Below are positions 54,495 through 64,000 of a DNA stretch of 64,000 nt, one piece after another (positions within the stretch are counted from its first letter, which is position 1; every line of letters begins with the position of its first letter). A program made the translations under genes and the position numbers. The stretch comes from Trueperaceae bacterium (GTDB lineage: Bacteria; Deinococcota; Deinococci; Deinococcales; Trueperaceae), in the NCBI GenBank assembly GCA_034521815.1, contig JAXHLW010000012.1:32001-96000 (forward strand), given 5' to 3'. The notes below the pieces were generated by a model that was given only the letters and a program-made list of their open reading frames with translations, was not told the DNA's origin and searched no databases.

Positions 54495-55390
54495 CTACGG
54501 CGGCCGTCTGGCGCGCCCGGTACCACGCTCACGGTCCGTGCCAAGCCTTCCTGCAGCGTCGTCGCTGTCAGGCCCAGCTCGCGTTCGATCCGACCCGAGT
54601 CGACCTCGAACGGCGCCATGAACTGGTACATCATCTCGACCGAGGCGCGCGCCTCGGGATGAACAGACCGCCGATCCGCATCATCAGCGTGCCCATGCCC
54701 TTCGCCTTCGGCTCGACCCCGGCCGCCTCGGCCGCCATCGCGACCATCTGGCGGGCGGTGCGGGCCGGCGCGTGCGGGGCGATCCAGACGCGACCCAGCG
54801 CCTCGTCGCGCACGGCCAGCTCGGCCGCCGCACGGCCCACGTCCTCGATGTACGCGACGGCGTGGGGAGCGTCCAGCACGCCGGTCACCTGCGCGGGCTT
54901 TCCCTCGACGAGCGGCTCGAACACGCGCGAGCCCCAGGCCGAGTCCGTCACGCCCGGCCCGTAGTAGTCGCTGGAGCGAAGCGACGTCGCGCGCACCGCG
55001 CCCCGCGCGTGGGCGGCCGTCACCTCCTCGGCCATCCGTTGCCGAAGGGCGCCCTTGCGCGATGTCGGAGCGATGCGAGCGCCTTCGTGGATCGGGGCCG
55101 ACGCGTCGTACATGTACAGGGTCTCGATCGAGACGAACCGCGCTCCCGCCGTCTCGGCGGCCGCCAACGCGCCCGCCTGGAGCGCGGGAAACAGCTCGAC
55201 CCAGCGATGGTACGGCGGATTCAGTGCCTGGATCACCACGGCGGCGTCCCGGGCGGCCTCGGTCGCCCGAGCCACGTCCGCCACGTCCGCGGACGACCTC
55301 GACCTCGGCGGGCATCAGCTCGGCCGCTGACCGCTGCGGTTCACGGCGCGTACCTTCCGCCCTGAACGATCAGCGCGCTGCCGTCCAGCA
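54495..55390 (-). pseudogene. NAD-dependent epimerase/dehydratase-like gene, frameshifted, N-terminal GxxG not found
   Basis: ALNPPY, ETLYMY, SRKG..R, RSSDYYGP, YIEDVGR, EMMYQF; boundaries approximate. Confidence 0.6.
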
Positions 55391-55526
55391 CCCACCGGGC
55401 CGGTTCCGAAGATGACGTGCACGGGTTCGCATGTGGAGCCTCCGCGTAGTAGAGCCGTGAGCTCGCGGTCAAGGGACGAGCGACGCGGGTCGCGTCCTGC
55501 GCAGGCGTCTGCCGTACGCTGGGCGC

Positions 55527-56486
55527 GTGCATCTCCTTACCGACGCCCCCGACGACGTTCAGGCGCTCGCTCCAGCCGGCGTGGCCCTGGAGCGCACGTC
55601 GCCTCGCGATCTTCCGCCGCCCGAGCGGCGCCTCTGGTCCGCGCTCGCAGCGAGCTCCGAGCCATGGCTCGGCGAGCTGCCGGCCGGTCTCGTCGGCCTG
55701 CCGGGACCGGTCGTCGTGGTCCATGACGCGCCGCGCTCGCAGCTGGACGTCCTGGACGAGCTGTCGGCAGCCGACGCTGGGGTGCCGGATGGCACGACGT
55801 GCGTCGCCTTGGCGGGATCACGGTTCCGCGGGCAGCGCGGTCGCAGCTGGTCGACGTCGCGCGGGAACCTGCACGCCAGCGTGCACCTCGCCTTCGACGT
55901 GGACGCCGCAGGGAGTCAGGCCGCGCTGGCCGTTCTGCCGGCCGTCGCGGCTGCCGAGGCGATCGAGGAGATCGCCGAGGGCCGCGTCCGGCCGCGCCTC
56001 AAGTGGGTGAACGACCTGCTCTTGGAGGGGCGCAAGGTCGGTGGCGTGCTGACCAGCACGCAGGTGCAGTCCGGCCGCGTGCGCGACGTGCGGGTCGGCA
56101 TCGGCATGAACCTGACGTACGCTCCCGAGATCGCCCCAGCCGGAGGCACGTTGCCGGCCGGACGTCTGGCCGACGCCGACGGCGTGTTCGCGACGCCAGA
56201 CGCGTGGGCCGTCCTGCTTCCTGCGCTCACGCGCCACCTGGCGCACGGCCGGGACGCTGTCGCCAGCGGGAACGGCGCGCTGCTGGTCGACCGGTACCGG
56301 GAGCGCGCCGCCTTCCTGGGTCGTCACGTGACGATCTGGCCGGTCGGCGACGAGAGCGATCGGCACCAGCCAGCGCAGACGCCGATCGCGCAGGGGCGTG
56401 TGCTGGAGCTCCGGTCCGATCTGTCGTTGATCCTGGAGGGCGTGGGCCAGCCGATCCGCACCGGCCGCATGACGATCGACGGGTGA
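55527..56486 (+). CDS. Biotin-protein ligase (BirA-like, no HTH)
   Basis: GQRGRSW..GNL, LKWVNDL, RKVGGVL, VGIGMNL; upstream of a biotinylated decarboxylase. Confidence 0.85.
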   Translation: MHLLTDAPDDVQALAPAGVALERTSPRDLPPPERRLWSALAASSEPWLGELPAGLVGLPGPVVVVHDAPRSQLDVLDELSAADAGVPDGTTCVALAGSRFRGQRGRSWSTSRGNLHASVHLAFDVDAAGSQAALAVLPAVAAAEAIEEIAEGRVRPRLKWVNDLLLEGRKVGGVLTSTQVQSGRVRDVRVGIGMNLTYAPEIAPAGGTLPAGRLADADGVFATPDAWAVLLPALTRHLAHGRDAVASGNGALLVDRYRERAAFLGRHVTIWPVGDESDRHQPAQTPIAQGRVLELRSDLSLILEGVGQPIRTGRMTIDG

Positions 56487-56673
56487 GGACGACGGTTCGA
56501 GCAACGACGTCGTATCGAGCAAGGACGTCGGTCCCCTGCGCTCCGGCGCCGATCGGGCGTACGATTCCAAGGTCGGCCGTTCGCGCGAAGGCGTCCACGC
56601 GGCCACGGCCGAGCAGGAGACCCTCTGGACGCCGGCTTCGACTCCGCTTCGGCGGAGCGCGTGGAAGGCGATC

Positions 56674-56931
56674 ATGACCGAACCCGCACTCTGGACGCTG
56701 TCGCTACAGGCGTTCTCCGCCGTGATCGTCGTGCTGGCGCTTTTGGCCGGCGCCGTTCGCCTGTTGACGCTCGTGTTCCCGGCGCCCCGCGTGGTCCCCG
56801 GAGAGGATCAGGTCCCCGCGCACGCGACCGACGCGGGCGCGCCCGACGCGTTCGTTCTGGCTGCCATCCACGCCGCGGTTCAGCGTGCCCACCCCGGGGC
56901 GCGCGTCACCCGCGTCGACGAAGTGAAGTGA
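56674..56931 (+). CDS. Na+-translocating decarboxylase gamma subunit (OadG-like)
   Basis: One N-terminal TM, Pro/Ala linker, VLAAIHAAV; position before alpha and beta. Confidence 0.72.
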   Translation: MTEPALWTLSLQAFSAVIVVLALLAGAVRLLTLVFPAPRVVPGEDQVPAHATDAGAPDAFVLAAIHAAVQRAHPGARVTRVDEVK

Positions 56932-56958
56932 GGTCCGACGTCCGATGAGAGGCCCGCG

Positions 56959-58908
56959 ATGATCCACACCAGCAGCCCCAAGAAGATCCGCGTCATGCTC
57001 ACCGCGTTCCGTGACGGACTGCAGAGCGTGTTCGGCGGCAAGGTGCGCACCGACGACATCCTCCCCGCCATGGAGATCGCGGCGAACGCGGGCGTACGCC
57101 ACTTCGAGTTCGGTGGAGGCGCTCGTTTCCAGGCCCCCATCTTCTACGTGGGCGAGAACCCGTTCGAGTCGATGGACCGCATGCGCGCGGTCGTCGGTCC
57201 CGACGTGGACCTGCAGATCCTGACGCGGAGCGTGTCGGGCGTGACGCTCACCGGGCAGGGCATCGAGGCGCTCGCGTTGCAGGCGCGCCTGATGCACCGG
57301 CACGGCACCACCGTGGACCGCAACTTCGACTTCATGAACGACGTCGACAACCTGATCCGGACGGGCCGTCCGATCGTCGAGGCGGGCATGCACCACCAGG
57401 TCACCGTGGCGACCATGGGCCTTCCCTACGCCTCGGAGGATGTGCACACGCCGGCGTTCTACATCGACGTGGCGCGGCGGATCATGGACGGCGACGTGCG
57501 CGTCGACTCGCTCTGCATCAAGGACGCGTCCGGCACGACCGACCCGACCACCGTGTACGAGACGGCGAAGGGCATCAAGAAGCTCCTGGGGGACGAGATC
57601 CCGCTCTGGTTCCACACGCACGACACCGCCTCGATGGCGGTCGCGTGCAACATGGCGGCGATCGAGGGCGGCGTCGACGGGATCGACCTCTCGGTCCGCC
57701 CGCTGGCGTCGGGGACCTCGCAGCCGGACGTCCGCTCGATGTGGCACGCCCTCAAGAACACCGGCTACGAGCTGGATCTGGACGTGAGCCGCATCGGCGA
57801 GGTGGAAACGGCCCTGACCGAAGGGCTCGAGGCGTACGCGTTCAACCCGATCACCCTGGCCGCCGACGCCCGGGTCGTGAACTTCCCGATGCCGGGTGGC
57901 GCGATCGGACCCAACGTCCACATGATGGCGGGCGCGGGCATCCTGGACCGCTACGGCGAGGTGCTGGCGGAGTTCCCCGTCGTCGTCAAGGCGGGCGGCG
58001 CCTGGACCAGCGTCACGCCCGGCAGCCAGCAGTACTGGCTGCAGGCGTTCAACAACGTCCTCTACGGCCGCTGGGAGAAGATCGACGGCGGCTTCGGTCG
58101 GTCCGTGCTGGGCTACTTCGGTCGCCCGCCCGAGCCGCCCGACCCCGAGGTCGTCCGGATCGCCGCGGACCAGCTGGGGCTCGAGCCGTACGAGGGCGAT
58201 CCGCTGGAGCGGGCCCCCGACAGTCTCGGTCCGGCCGAGGCCGCGCTGAAGGAGCACGGCCTGCCCGTGACGGAGGAGAACGTGTTCCTGGTCGCCGCGG
58301 CGATCGTGCCCGGCAAGAGCATGGACCTGAACGAGGGGCTGCGGCTGCTCAGCGGCAAGGCGCGCGTGCGGCTGCCCCTCAAGGAGACGGCCCAGGCCGC
58401 CCCGAGCGCGGCCGCGCCGACGGCAGCCGCCCCTCCTGCCGCCGCTCCCCCGGCTGCCGCTCCGGACGGAGCGTCCGGCGCCGCACCCGCCTGGACCGCG
58501 CCGGTGCGAACCACCTGCACCGTGTCGGAGAACGGCGTGACGCGCACGTTCGACGTCACGCTGTCCCCGCCCGCCGCGGACGGGGCCTCGGCCGCGCAGC
58601 GGTCGTCCACCACCGCGGCCGGGGCACCGTCGACGCCAGCCGCACCGGCGTCGCCCGGCGCATCCGCGCCCGCGCAGGTCGCCGAGCCGACCGCGGTCCA
58701 CTCGCCGTTCGGCGGCAAGGTCGAGGTGCTCACCGTGCACGTGAAGGTCGGCGACACGGTCGAGGCCGGTCAGGTCGTCGCGACGGTCGAGGCGATGAAG
58801 GCCGAGCACGACGTGCGCTCGCCGGTCGCGGGCACCGTGGTCACGGTTCCCGTCCGCCCTGGCGACGAGGTCGGCGCCGACACGCCCATCGTCACGATCG
58901 GAGCGTGA
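56959..58908 (+). CDS. oadA: Biotin-dependent carboxyltransferase plus biotin carrier (OadA/PycB-like)
   Basis: RDGLQS, EFGGGARFQ, KDASG, FHTH, PMPGG, SVTPGSQ, Ala/Pro linker, EAMKAE. Confidence 0.82.
   Translation: MIHTSSPKKIRVMLTAFRDGLQSVFGGKVRTDDILPAMEIAANAGVRHFEFGGGARFQAPIFYVGENPFESMDRMRAVVGPDVDLQILTRSVSGVTLTGQGIEALALQARLMHRHGTTVDRNFDFMNDVDNLIRTGRPIVEAGMHHQVTVATMGLPYASEDVHTPAFYIDVARRIMDGDVRVDSLCIKDASGTTDPTTVYETAKGIKKLLGDEIPLWFHTHDTASMAVACNMAAIEGGVDGIDLSVRPLASGTSQPDVRSMWHALKNTGYELDLDVSRIGEVETALTEGLEAYAFNPITLAADARVVNFPMPGGAIGPNVHMMAGAGILDRYGEVLAEFPVVVKAGGAWTSVTPGSQQYWLQAFNNVLYGRWEKIDGGFGRSVLGYFGRPPEPPDPEVVRIAADQLGLEPYEGDPLERAPDSLGPAEAALKEHGLPVTEENVFLVAAAIVPGKSMDLNEGLRLLSGKARVRLPLKETAQAAPSAAAPTAAAPPAAAPPAAAPDGASGAAPAWTAPVRTTCTVSENGVTRTFDVTLSPPAADGASAAQRSSTTAAGAPSTPAAPASPGASAPAQVAEPTAVHSPFGGKVEVLTVHVKVGDTVEAGQVVATVEAMKAEHDVRSPVAGTVVTVPVRPGDEVGADTPIVTIGA
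58396..58470. repeat. 15-bp-period repeat x5 (AAPxA linker)
   Basis: gccgccccgagcgcg/gccgcgccgacggca/gccgcccctcctgcc/gccgctcccccggct/gccgctccggacgga. Confidence 0.7.
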
Positions 58909-58909
58909 G

Positions 58910-60064
58910 GTGGACGGCTGGACCGCGCTGCTGCAGGGGAGCGGCTTCGCGGCCCTGACCTGGCAGAACCTGGTGATGTTCCTCATTGCGGGCGTGCTGA
59001 TCTACCTCGCCGTGACGCGAAACTACGAGCCGCTGCTGCTGATCCCGATCGGCTTCGGCGCGGCGCTGGCGAACCTGCCCGGCGCCAACCTGATGGCCTC
59101 CAGCACGTTCGTCGCGGACCCCGGCGCGCACACCCCGCTGCTGCAGCTGATCTACGACGCGGGCATCAAGACGGAGCTGCTGCCGCCGCTGATCTTCCTC
59201 GGCGTCGGCGCGCTCACCGACTTCCGGCCGCTGCTGGCGCGTCCCGTGATGCTGATCCTGGGCGCGGCGGCGCAGGTGGGGATCTTCGTCGCCGCGTTGG
59301 GCGCGCACTACCTGTTCGGCTTCGACCTGCGCGAGGCGGCGTCGATCGGCATCATCGGCGGCGCGGACGGTCCCACCTCGATCTTCCTGACCGCGATCCT
59401 CGCGCCCGAGCTGCTGGGCGCCGTGGCGGTGGCCGCGTACAGCTACATGGCGCTGGTTCCCGTGCTTCAGCCGCCCGTGCTGCGCGCCTTGACGACCCGG
59501 GCGGAACGGGAGATCCCCGTGCCCGAAGAGCGGACCGTGTCGAGGACGGCCGTGATCCTGTTCCCGATTACGATCACCGTGCTCGTGTCGCTGGCCGTCC
59601 CGCCCGCCGCGCCGCTGATCGGACTGCTCATGTTCGGCAACCTGCTGCGCGAGTCGGGCGTCACCGATCGGCTGGCCAAGACGGCGTCGGGGCCGATGAT
59701 CAACATCGTCACGATCCTGCTGGGACTGGTCGTGGGCGCCACCATGGACGGCGCCAGCTTCCTTCGGCCCGAGACGCTGTTCATCCTGCTGCTCGGCGCG
59801 GTCGCGTTCGTGGCCAGCACCGCCGGCGGGATTTTGCTGGCGAAGGGCATGAACCTGCTGCTTCCCAGCGACAAGCGGATCAACCCTTGCATCGGCGCGG
59901 CTGGCGTGTCGGCGGTCCCGATGTCGGCGCGCGTGGTGCAGAACTTCGTCGCCAAGCACACCGACGGGCGGGTCAACCCGCTGATGGCGGCGATGGGGCC
60001 CAACGTCGCCGGCGTGATCGGCTCGGCCGTGGCGGCGGGCGTGTTCCTGGCGATCCTGCGCTGA
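58910..60064 (+). CDS. oadB: Na+-translocating decarboxylase beta subunit
   Basis: YEPLLLIPIGFG, GALTDF, AASIGIIGGADGPT, AAYSYMALVP, GVSAVPMSARV, MGPNVAGVIGS. Confidence 0.92.
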   Translation: MDGWTALLQGSGFAALTWQNLVMFLIAGVLIYLAVTRNYEPLLLIPIGFGAALANLPGANLMASSTFVADPGAHTPLLQLIYDAGIKTELLPPLIFLGVGALTDFRPLLARPVMLILGAAAQVGIFVAALGAHYLFGFDLREAASIGIIGGADGPTSIFLTAILAPELLGAVAVAAYSYMALVPVLQPPVLRALTTRAEREIPVPEERTVSRTAVILFPITITVLVSLAVPPAAPLIGLLMFGNLLRESGVTDRLAKTASGPMINIVTILLGLVVGATMDGASFLRPETLFILLLGAVAFVASTAGGILLAKGMNLLLPSDKRINPCIGAAGVSAVPMSARVVQNFVAKHTDGRVNPLMAAMGPNVAGVIGSAVAAGVFLAILR

Positions 60065-60090
60065 GCGCGGATGCCCCGGCGTCGCCGCGA

Positions 60091-63085
60091 CTACGGGGCC
60101 TCGTCCGCCGAGCGAGCCCCCACCGGCTCGAGCAGCGCACCGATCGATCCTCGCGCGGCCTCGGCCAAGCGCCGTTCGAGCCGGTCGGCCGGCAGAGCGT
60201 CGCGAAGTGCCGCGCGAGCGGCGCGTAGCCGCTCTGCGGTCTCGGGCTCGAACGGGCCCAGGCCGCCTGCGAGCCCGACGAGGTGCGCGGCGCGCTCCGG
60301 CTCGCCCGCCGCCAGGTGCAGCTCCGCCAGGCCCACCAAGCAGGCGGCGCAGGTGTCGACCCGCGAGCGCGGCCAGGCGATCTGGAGCGCCCGGAGGTAG
60401 TCTGCGCGGGCCGCGTCGGGCCGCCCGAGCGCAGCGGCGGCGTCCGCCAGGCCGACGCGGATCGCCGCCACGAGCCCCGGGTCGCCGTGAGGATCGAGCA
60501 CGGCGAGAGCCTGCTCGTTCAGCTCCAGCGCGCGCGCGTGCATGCCGCGTGCGTACGCCGCGTGGCCGAGGTACGAGAGGAGCGTCGGCACGAGGGCGCC
60601 GAACCCGATCGCGCGCGCCAGCTCGAGCCCCTCGCCCAGCGCCGTCTCGGCCGCCTCCGGATCGCCGCCACGGAGCGCGTTGGTGCCCAGGTTGATCAGG
60701 TTCCGCACCATCGAGCGACGATTGCCGCGATTGCGGTTGATCGCGAGCGCCTCGCGAAACAGCGCCTCGGCGCCGGCGACGTCGCCCAGGCGCGACCGGA
60801 CGCTGCCGAGGTTGTGCGACGCGATCGCGATCTGCGGCTCGTGCCCGCGCCTTCGAGCGAGCGCGAGGACCTCCTCGAACCGTGCGGCGGCCCCCTGCCG
60901 CTCGCCGCGGGCGCTCGCGACGTTCCCGAGGGTGTTCAGGGTGCTGGCCAGGGCCCGGTCGAGCGTCGGATCGGGCGGATCTGCAGCGGCGAGCGGCCCC
61001 AGCCGTGCCAGCGCCACGCCGGCCAGCGCCTCGCTCCGGTCCAGGTCCCCCAGCCGGTAGACGAACCACGCCTCCGCCGCCCGCAGCCGACCCGTCACCG
61101 CCTTCGCCGACGGGTCGGACCTCTCGAGCGCCTCGGCCGCCTCGCCGAACGCCGAGGCGGCGTCGTCCCAGCGGCCGCCGCGCTGGATGTAGAAGATCTG
61201 CAGCGCCCGGCAGGCACGCCACAGGGCGGCGCGGTCGCCCGTCCGGGCTGCCTGGCGCCAGGCAGCCCGGACGTTCTCGAGATCCTCGCCGACCGCGGCC
61301 ACCGCACGCTCCTGATCGCCGCCCGCGAGGTCGTCCTCCCAGCTCGCGAGCAGCGCCAGGTAGGCGCGAGCGTGCCTGCGCCGGGTGTCGGCCCGCTCCG
61401 ATTCGTGCCGAGAAGCCTTGAGGCGCGCCAGCTCCAGGAGGAGCGGATGCGCGCCGTAGCGGCCCAGGCCGTCAGTCCGCAGCAGCGAGCGGTCGATCAG
61501 CCCGGCCAGGTCGGTCAGGGTCGCGCCCGCGATCTCGGCCGCGGCGTCGCGCCGAAAGCCGCCACGGCAGACCGACAGGCGGCGCAACAGCTCGCGATCG
61601 CGCGGCCCGGCCAGGGCCCAGGCGTGCTCGAACGCGCCCAGCAGGCTCCGGTGTCGCTCGGGCACGTCCTGCGCTCCGGTCGCGAGCAGCTCCAGGCGCT
61701 CGTCGAGCTCCGCCGCGATCTCGCGCGGGGTGAGCGCCCGGACCCAGGCGGCGGCCAGCTCCAAAGCCAGCGGCAGGCCCTCGACGCGCCGGCAGATCGC
61801 GAGTACCGCGGGCAGATTCTCCTCGGTCGCGACGAACCCGGGGGTGGTCCGTTCTGCCCGCCGCACGAACAGGTCGACGGCGCCGAACGCCGAGGCGTCC
61901 TCCAGCGTCACGTCGTCGTCTTCCGGGTACCGAAGGCCGGTCACCCGATAGACGCGCTCCGCTTCCAGCCCGAGCCGCACCCGCGAGGTGACCAGGAAGC
62001 TCGCGTCACGGACGCCGGCGACCAAGCGGGCGAACGCTTGGCCGTCGTCCGCGAGGTGCTCGGCGTTGTCCAGCACGACGAGCGCCTCCTTGCCCGCCAG
62101 CAGCGCGGCGATGCGGTCCAGCGCGGCCGCGTCGCTCGGCGCGTCGTCGCCGAGGGACGCGGCGATCGCGCTGGCCAGCGCGTCGGGCGTGTCGATCGCG
62201 CCGAGGTCGACGAAATGGACGCCGTCGGGAAAGGCGCCGAGCGCCTGCTGCTCGCGCGCGATCTCGACGGCCAGGCGGGTCTTGCCGACCCCGGGCGGGC
62301 CCAGCAGCGTCGTCAGCGCCGGCCCGGGCCGGTGAAGCAGCGCAGCGACCTCGGCGCGCTCCGGGTCACGCCCGACGAAGGCGGTGTCGCGATGCGGCAG
62401 GTCGCTGCCGGTGGCGAGCCCGTCCGCCTCCCCGAGCCCGCCAGCCGTCGCCGCGCGGCCTCGGGATCGGCCGCCAGCTCGAGTCCGAGATCTTCCCCTC
62501 GCGCCGGACCACGTCGGCCCGTGCGCGACCGTCCGCCGCGAGCAGGGTGTGCAGTCGCACGAGGTCGTCGGGCTGCGGCACCGCCCAGCGCAGGCGCGAC
62601 GCTCGCTCGGCGAGGTCGGCAGATGCGCCGAACCGCCCGCGGGTCGCTTGGGACTCCGCCTCGTCGAGGTGCGCCCGCAGGGCCACGTCGGCGAGGTGCT
62701 CGCGCTGGGCGTGCAGCCACTCCTCGAGCTCCGTGGTCCACGACGGCAGGTGCAGACCGTCCAGGAACGGTCCGCGGTACAGGTCGCGTGCCGCTCTGCG
62801 CTCGCCCCGATCGATGTGCGCGAGGAACGCGTGAACGTCGCACCGCACCTCGGTCGCGGCGTGCCTTCGGTCCGCGGCGACGCTGCCGGGCGCCCCCTGG
62901 CGGAGCCGCGTCAGAGCGACCGAGAGGCTGCGCATCGGATCCGCCGCGTCGGGCCAGAACAGCTCCGCCAAGTGTCGCCGAGGGCGCGACCCTTCGAGCG
63001 CGAGGTACGTGAGGAGGAGAAGCGGCTTGGGACGAGTGAAGTCGATCTCGTCGATCCGCACGCTCCCCAACGTGCGCAACAGCAT
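60091..63085 (-). CDS. SARP/BTAD-STAND NTPase-TPR regulator (two frameshifts in G runs near 62495 and 62430)
   Basis: MLLRTLG, RPKPLLLL, LYRGPFL, AFVGR, GPPGVGKT, VLDNAEHL, GLPLALELAA, TPRs (LNTLGNV, HNLG, NLINLG). Confidence 0.85.
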
Positions 63086-63192
63086 GATCCTCTCACCCTA
63101 GCGCGCGTCTCCGCGTCCGGTCGTACCGCGGTAACGGTCCGGTAGTGCCCCTCCCGGCAAGGTGAAGCCGAGAGAGAAGGGAGGAGTCCGTC

Positions 63193-63759
63193 ATGAACGA
63201 CACCGCTACCGAGCATCGCAACGGGGTCGACGTCGGTCGTCTGAAGGAGACGATCGCGCACGTCCAAGGCGATCCGAGCCTGGCACGGTTCCGCTTCCGG
63301 GCCGCGACCACCTGGGAGGAGGGAGCGAAGTCCCGCACCAAGATCCAGGGATTCTACGGCGCCGGCCGCGAGGACGACTCGCGTGAGAGGCCGCTGGAGC
63401 TCGTCGGCGACGAGCCGCCGGTCCTGCTGGGCGACAACGCCGGGCCGAACGCGGTGGAGGCGGTGTTGCACGCGCTGACGTCGTGCCTGACCGTCGGCTT
63501 CGTGTACAACGCCGCCGCGCAGGGGATCGAGGTCCGAGCGCTCGATTTCGACGTGGAAGGGGAGCTCGACCTGCGAGCGTTCCTCGGCGTCAGCGACGAT
63601 GCGCGACCGGGCTACCAGACGATCCGCGTCCGCTACCGGGTCGATGCCGACGCCCCTCGCGCGGCCCTCGAGGACCTGTGCGCCTACGTGCAGCGGACGT
63701 CGCCCGTCCTGGACATGCTGACCAAGCCGGTCGACGTGCACGTCGCGCTGGAGGGGTGA
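63193..63759 (+). CDS. OsmC-family protein
   Basis: NGVDV, GDEPPVLLG, PNAVE..ALTSCL, EGELDLR.FLG, RPGY, SPV; RBS GGAGGAG. Confidence 0.88.
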   Translation: MNDTATEHRNGVDVGRLKETIAHVQGDPSLARFRFRAATTWEEGAKSRTKIQGFYGAGREDDSRERPLELVGDEPPVLLGDNAGPNAVEAVLHALTSCLTVGFVYNAAAQGIEVRALDFDVEGELDLRAFLGVSDDARPGYQTIRVRYRVDADAPRAALEDLCAYVQRTSPVLDMLTKPVDVHVALEG

Positions 63760-63763
63760 CGCC

Positions 63764-64000
63764 GTGAGCAGCGACGCGGCGATCCGCAGCGGCATCGACG
63801 GTCCAGAGACGACCAGCCCGCAGGTCGACGTCGAGGAGCTTCGCGACAAGGTCCGTGACGTCTACCGTCAGGTCGCCGACGCGCCCGACGGCGAGTTCCA
63901 CTTCGAGATGGGCCGCGAGCTGGCCGAGAAGCTCGGCTACGCCCCCGAGGCCCTCGAGCTGCTGCCGGTCGAGGCGGTCGAATCGTTCGCGGGCGTCGGT
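63764..64000 (+). CDS. SAM methyltransferase (ArsM-like), truncated by the window end
   Basis: VDVEELRDKVRDVY..VA..P..EFHFEMGRELAEKLGY..AVESFAGVG. Confidence 0.75.
   Translation, partial: MSSDAAIRSGIDGPETTSPQVDVEELRDKVRDVYRQVADAPDGEFHFEMGRELAEKLGYAPEALELLPVEAVESFAGVG

Noticed and set aside
60283-63012. Long antisense or alternative-frame ORFs (909 aa here; also 7741-9237, 15610-17733, 56704-58986)
   Set aside because: Shadow ORFs of high-GC coding regions, Arg/Gly/Pro-rich with no motifs
51100-63085. STAND-TPR genes as Avs-type antiphage systems
   Set aside because: The N-termini are SARP/BTAD-type DNA-binding regions, not nuclease or other effector domains; they fit transcription regulators

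Overview
A very GC-rich bacterial chromosomal segment, most likely Deinococcota (Trueperaceae-like); this is inferred from protein types and frequent leaderless TAnnnT-N6/7-start promoters. Many genes carry 1-nt frameshifts, often in G/C runs, consistent with an unpolished long-read or MAG assembly. Main content: an EAL phosphodiesterase, PatB, a DTE xanthorhodopsin-type proton pump divergent from a Blh dioxygenase, two toxin-antitoxin pairs, katG, a DUF6345 lipoprotein, a reduced E-C-A-B-D-I-K V-type ATPase with a Na+-type K ring, an ArsR-rhodanese/MFS/DsrE module, an IS110 remnant, a DUF2249/DUF1858/DUF542/DUF59/cupin cluster, an ArsM-ArsN2 fusion, a GH13 amylase, a Crp/Fnr regulator, a GAF-GGDEF protein, flavodoxin, two SARP-STAND-TPR regulators, birA-oadGAB and OsmC plus a methyltransferase. 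The best candidate for an undescribed system is a regulon: the palindrome GCCATGACC-NN-GGTCATGG occurs three times, centred 41.5-43.5 bp upstream of four apparently leaderless starts in the DUF2249/DUF1858, DUF542 and flavodoxin units, with a Crp/Fnr gene nearby. Also notable: six separate 15-bp-period tandem repeats, a perfect 52-bp palindrome and several internally deleted gene remnants. No rRNA, tRNA or CRISPR array was seen. All family calls are by motif recognition, not database search.
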